The notes beneath the pieces were generated by a model. It saw nothing but the letters and a program-made list of their open reading frames with translations, was not told the DNA's origin and ran no database searches. A stretch of DNA of 32,000 bases, from the NCBI GenBank assembly GCA_008080745.1, contig SHMX01000001.1:636890-668889 (forward strand), given 5' to 3'. The DNA is from Candidatus Thorarchaeota archaeon. Lineage in GTDB: Archaea; Asgardarchaeota; Thorarchaeia; Thorarchaeales; Thorarchaeaceae. Positions 28,236-32,000 of this stretch are shown one piece after another. The position numbers and the translations under genes are program-made. The stretch's first letter is position 1; every line of letters begins with the position of its first letter.

Positions 28236-28322
28236 ATAGACCACTAAGCAAGGGCGATAAGCTACCCGTTAATAGCCTTACGCAATGTGAAGAGGAATTC
28301 TAATGATGGAAGGAGGCGTCCA

Positions 28323-28589
28323 TTACTCAGCCCATTGAGTGTTAGAGAATTCGACCGCTTCTAACACAGTGATACCTTTTTGCTTAAAGTATTCAGTTTC
28401 ACCTTCAAAAGAATACATTACAAAACCGTCGAAAGCGAAAAAGTGAATCCTTCCAACATTGTAGATAATATCGGGTTTTGCAATCTCGATTAGTTCCAAG
28501 AATTCTCTGCGTTTGAATTTTACACGATATGAACTTGTATGCATGGCTGCAGCAGTAGCACCACCTGCAGCACCGCCGGCAAATACCAT
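28323..28589 (-). CDS. Hypothetical small protein with Gly/Ala-rich N-terminus
   Basis: SD GAGGTG; MVFAGGAAGGATAAAM followed by a globular region. Confidence 0.7.
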   Translation of the reverse strand: MVFAGGAAGGATAAAMHTSSYRVKFKRREFLELIEIAKPDIIYNVGRIHFFAFDGFVMYSFEGETEYFKQKGITVLEAVEFSNTQWAE

Positions 28590-28676
28590 ATTGATCTTGC
28601 ACCTCTGGGAGATATATCACTGAACAGGTATATGACACTATGTGTCGATGCGACTAGTTGCATGCAACTAATGGTT

Positions 28677-28973
28677 CTACTCTTCTGGACGAAATTCGCC
28701 CTCTCTTCGAAGCTCAAAAACAACCACATTATGAGGATCAGGGCAAGCAATGTAGGCTTTCTCAGAATCCGGCTCCCAAGGTAAGTTCCCACCGAATTCC
28801 ATCACCGTTAGAAAAGGAAACATAGAGTTGAATGCCCAACGACATATTTTAGCTCTTTCTTCCGGTTTAGATAAATCGAACTCGTCACCAACATCATAGA
28901 GTTTACAGGGACCTCTTCCTGATTCTTCACGCAATTCATGAACCTTTGCAATAATTCGGTAGACTTTTGGCAT
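28677..28973 (-). CDS. TIGR04076-family Cys-rich small protein
   Basis: GPC..Y.VGDEF, ICRWAFNSMFPF, ACPDP..VVVFELRR; SD GGTGA before ATG 28973. Confidence 0.8.
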   Translation of the reverse strand: MPKVYRIIAKVHELREESGRGPCKLYDVGDEFDLSKPEERAKICRWAFNSMFPFLTVMEFGGNLPWEPDSEKAYIACPDPHNVVVFELRREGEFRPEE

Positions 28974-29002
28974 ATGCTTCACCATCATGAATTAATGAGC
29001 CA

Positions 29003-29668
29003 ATGGTTAATCAAACATTCTACATAGGAAGAACGATTGGTTTTGAAGTGAGTGTGAAGGAATTGTGGTTTGAAATATTTCTTCTTGGAATGGTTTTAAT
29101 GGTTCCAATTCATTATGCATCAATAAAACACGAGGCATTAAAGAAGCGATTTGGTGAAAAAAAGGGAGAAAGAATTGGCGAAGTTCTTGGAATGATATCT
29201 GGATGGGGTTTCTTTGGTTTTTGGTTTGGCATATGGTTAGCACCTCAACCACTTTTCTATTTGAACATTGGACCGCTTATTGTGATGATTAGGATCTTCG
29301 AGTATCAGATTATTTTGCATCATCTATTGATAGGCCTTGTATTTATAATCCCAGGTGCATATCTTGGCATTGCGGGAGTTAGGACTATGGGAATAAAAGC
29401 TGCAGAAACTCATCACCCAGAAGAGGTGATATCAACAGGAATATACTCTCGAGTTAGACATCCTCAATACCTAGGCGGAATTCTATCACATGTAGGGATT
29501 GTTTTTCTCCTTCAGGCAGGTTCTGCTTTTAATGCAACTATCATTATTATAATTCTAAATGCGCTTCTTTGTTGGCTAGAAGAAAGAGAATTGCTTAGGG
29601 AGTTTGGGGATGAATATAAAGAGTATAAAGAAGAGGTTCCCATGCTTATCCCAAGGCTGAGAACATGA
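29003..29668 (+). CDS. Isoprenylcysteine carboxylmethyltransferase (ICMT/PEMT-like) membrane methyltransferase
   Basis: GIYSRVRHPQYLG, EERELLREFGDEY..Y...VPMLIP. The true start may be a downstream GTG. Confidence 0.88.
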   Translation: MVNQTFYIGRTIGFEVSVKELWFEIFLLGMVLMVPIHYASIKHEALKKRFGEKKGERIGEVLGMISGWGFFGFWFGIWLAPQPLFYLNIGPLIVMIRIFEYQIILHHLLIGLVFIIPGAYLGIAGVRTMGIKAAETHHPEEVISTGIYSRVRHPQYLGGILSHVGIVFLLQAGSAFNATIIIIILNALLCWLEERELLREFGDEYKEYKEEVPMLIPRLRT

Positions 29669-30438
29669 ATATACCTACAGATAGATGGTATGATGCGATA
29701 TTTCTTCGGTTCTCCCAAAGGAAGTATTCCGGAGAAAAAGTAGAACAAGAAAAGCTTGATGATTTGGAAAAAGTCTGTCAAGAGTTTAGACCGTTTCCTG
29801 GTGCAAGGATTGAACTGGTTAGAGAGCCAGACATGTATCCATTCAAAGGACTAATTGGGCCAATAATGAAAGTCAAAGATGCACCACACTACATTAAGTT
29901 TATAGTCAACAAGGAGGTGCAGAATCATCAAGCCGCAATTGGATACATAGGCGAAGCAGTCATTCTAGAAGCTACTTCACTTGGACTGAATACATGCTGG
30001 GTTACTGGATTCTTTCATTCAGATAAGACGAACAAAACCACGGAACTAACAACCGGAGAGAAGGTTATTGGCGTATCACCAATTGGTTTCGCTGATAAAG
30101 AGAAAGACCGCATTGGAAAAGAGGTGGATTATAAGAGAAAATCCCTGGATGATATAACACTTGATGAAGTATCGAAAATTCCAGAATGGCAGCAGAAAGC
30201 CATTGAAGCTGCAAGAGTAGCACCCTCAGCTACCAATCGACAGCCATGGAGATTCACAGTTACGAATAAGTCGATTTTAGTCTCATGTACTGGAAGATTC
30301 GATCTAAGTTTCTCGAAAAGACTTGATTGTGGAATTGCCATGCTTCACATAGAACTGGGAGCAAAATCATCCGGAAAGCATGGTTCATGGATATTTGAAG
30401 AATCACCCAAGGTTGCCACTTATACCTTGGACAGATAA
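29665..30438 (+). CDS. Nitroreductase family protein
   Basis: RFSQRKY, GLNTCWV, APSATNRQPWRF, DCGIAMLH; ATGA overlap with the ICMT-like gene. Confidence 0.88.
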   Translation: MNIPTDRWYDAIFLRFSQRKYSGEKVEQEKLDDLEKVCQEFRPFPGARIELVREPDMYPFKGLIGPIMKVKDAPHYIKFIVNKEVQNHQAAIGYIGEAVILEATSLGLNTCWVTGFFHSDKTNKTTELTTGEKVIGVSPIGFADKEKDRIGKEVDYKRKSLDDITLDEVSKIPEWQQKAIEAARVAPSATNRQPWRFTVTNKSILVSCTGRFDLSFSKRLDCGIAMLHIELGAKSSGKHGSWIFEESPKVATYTLDR

Positions 30439-30466
30439 AAAGAAAGTGTGGCGGAAGAATTCCGCC
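30434..30466 (-). terminator. Hairpin plus U-tract between convergent genes
   Basis: GGCGGAA-GAA-TTCCGCC at 30450-30466; the minus strand continues CACACTTTCTTTTTATC. Confidence 0.6.
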
Positions 30467-30477
30467 GTTTCATATGA

Positions 30478-31281
30478 TCAGTCTCGCACTAGATAATAAT
30501 CCACAAATCCCTTCTTACGAATGAAGGGCAATAGAAGTATGAGTAGAACAATCAGCACAACCGCCGTAATTGCAGTTCCAAAGATTATTGGAATTGTCAT
30601 TTGTTTCATTGCTATTCCAAACCCAGCCCATACCACAACCAGAGCAAAGGCAACATCGTGGCGCAAGTAGAGCATGAGTATAGTAATCAGAAGTGCTATG
30701 ATAATGACCGCTGCTGTCCAGAGGTGTTGAACATCAGCTGGAATGCCAGGAATTAACACATTTAATGCGGATGCGATGTTTGCGATTGTTGCTAGTGAAA
30801 TCCATCCCGCATAGACACTAACTGGCAAGTGAACCGCCAACTTCTTCTTAAGAGGCACTCCTTTCAAACCAATTTCGAGCTGAACATAAGTTAGTAAGAG
30901 AATAACCAATAGAAGCGCAATCGGAATCACTGACCAGAGGAATAGGCCAGGGTTCCCGTATGAATAGTGAAAAACTATCAGCCAGCTAATGTTCGCAATT
31001 GCATTGAATACATAGAGAAGACCAATCTTCTGCAAATATGGTTCGTCTACTTGGTTAGGTCGAACCTGATACACTGCAAATGTGATCAATAGAATGTAGA
31101 TCACACCCCAAATTGAGAATACCCAACCAGGAGGGGTGAAGAAATTAGGATAAGAGTTCGCAACATCGCCTGTGTATACCCCATTCAGAGGTATTACATT
31201 CACAAGGATGTTAAACCCAATCGTAGCGATGATTGCTATAAGATTGAGTATCTGTAGTATCTTAGAATTGATTGATATCAT
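30478..31281 (-). CDS. TspO/MBR-like tryptophan-rich sensory membrane protein
   Basis: TGDVANSYPNFFTPPGWVFSIWGVIY, SVYAGWISLATIAN. ATG 31281 preferred; 31317 alternative. Confidence 0.8.
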   Translation of the reverse strand: MISINSKILQILNLIAIIATIGFNILVNVIPLNGVYTGDVANSYPNFFTPPGWVFSIWGVIYILLITFAVYQVRPNQVDEPYLQKIGLLYVFNAIANISWLIVFHYSYGNPGLFLWSVIPIALLLVILLLTYVQLEIGLKGVPLKKKLAVHLPVSVYAGWISLATIANIASALNVLIPGIPADVQHLWTAAVIIIALLITILMLYLRHDVAFALVVVWAGFGIAMKQMTIPIIFGTAITAVVLIVLLILLLPFIRKKGFVDYYLVRD

Positions 31282-31409
31282 ATCCAAACCACCGTATAAT
31301 TTAACTACCATTAACAATAGTTAATAGTTTATAAGATTTTGCTTTTTGGTTTCAGATATATGGTTAGTGAAAGATAGGAAGAGAAAATTCTCTTCCTAAA
31401 TAAGAATCA

Positions 31410-31946
31410 TCAGGCCTTTATAGGCGCACCACAATAGGGACAGAATCTATCGGTGTCTTTGAGGGCAAATCCACAATACACACAACCAATTTGTCCCCCT
31501 GACGGCGTAACTACACTTGTAGGAGAGGAGGTGCGACTTCCTGTATTAGGATCGAACCAGATGTCAGACTCTCCTCGACGTTTTTCATCAACTATAACAC
31601 GTCTAGCATGCTCTTCTGGCACTCCTGCTCTATCAGCAATCTCGGGAACTGATTGGCCAGCCCCATGTCTTAGTTCCTCACGTACCTCGGAGGAGGTATG
31701 GATTCTTTTTATAATATCACCAATCAACGATGCAAGTAATACAAAAAGAGGAATGAGAAAAATCCAAGAAGTGGTAGTCAGAAATAACCAACCAACTATT
31801 ACAATAGGAATGAATGTTCCACATGTAATACCGCCCTCTTTTTGCTTCTTTCGATCGTATATTGGTTTCTGAGTTGTCCGTTCTCTACGAGGGCTAGAAG
31901 GAACTACAACTTCACCAGGAGCCACCGTTGATTGTTTTATGGACAA
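31410..31946 (-). CDS. 2-TM protein with winged-helix (PCI-like) segment and C-terminal Zn ribbon
   Basis: TM pair, SVPEIADRAGVPEEHARRVI...IWFDPNTG, CVYC...CPYC. Start uncertain (TTG; an ATG at 31956 is one base out of frame). Confidence 0.75.
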   Translation of the reverse strand: MSIKQSTVAPGEVVVPSSPRRERTTQKPIYDRKKQKEGGITCGTFIPIVIVGWLFLTTTSWIFLIPLFVLLASLIGDIIKRIHTSSEVREELRHGAGQSVPEIADRAGVPEEHARRVIVDEKRRGESDIWFDPNTGSRTSSPTSVVTPSGGQIGCVYCGFALKDTDRFCPYCGAPIKA

Positions 31947-32000
31947 ACTTGGACATGCCTAAGTAGTCCGTCCAGCAACGGTACTGGACTGATAGACGTC

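Noticed and set aside
259-31872. Numerous 60-140 aa track ORFs antisense to or nested in longer genes (e.g. 7192-7527, 20342-20770, 31453-31872)
   Set aside because: Shadow ORFs of well-supported genes, with no motifs or SD support.
1-32000. CRISPR arrays, tRNA/rRNA, IS elements, integrases
   Set aside because: No regularly spaced direct repeats, cloverleaf or rRNA signatures, terminal inverted repeats or transposase motifs were seen by eye.

Overview
Gene-dense, AT-rich archaeal window. An Asgard (Thorarchaeota-like) origin is inferred from two Rab/Ras-like small GTPases, a longin-fold protein, an archaeal GTPBP1, Zn-ribbon membrane proteins and a giant glycosylated Ig-repeat surface protein. 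I saw no rRNA, tRNA, CRISPR array or transposase. Ordinary content: VOC protein, M1 and M20 peptidases, GPH-family MFS transporter, alpha/beta hydrolases, Kv-beta-like aldo-keto reductase, two CPBP proteases, SAM methyltransferase, P-type Ca2+-like ATPase, SDR-type threonine dehydrogenase, TIGR04076 protein, ICMT-like protein, nitroreductase and TspO. Highlights: (1) an unannotated minus-strand cassette (~22912-23275) of tandem 27-34 aa micro-ORFs below the ORF-track cutoff, with a shared STKA-x3-AY-RR C-terminus, coupled SD sites, strong C-ending codon bias and its own hairpin terminator; (2) a tightly coupled Zn-finger / longin / ~15-TM protein / small GTPase operon (12698-15331); (3) a 46-aa mini-paralog of an ArsR-like membrane regulator overlapping that regulator's stop codon; (4) two genes broken by single-base shifts in homopolymers (2618-2621, 5362-5369). 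Family calls rest on recognised motifs only; no database searches were run.
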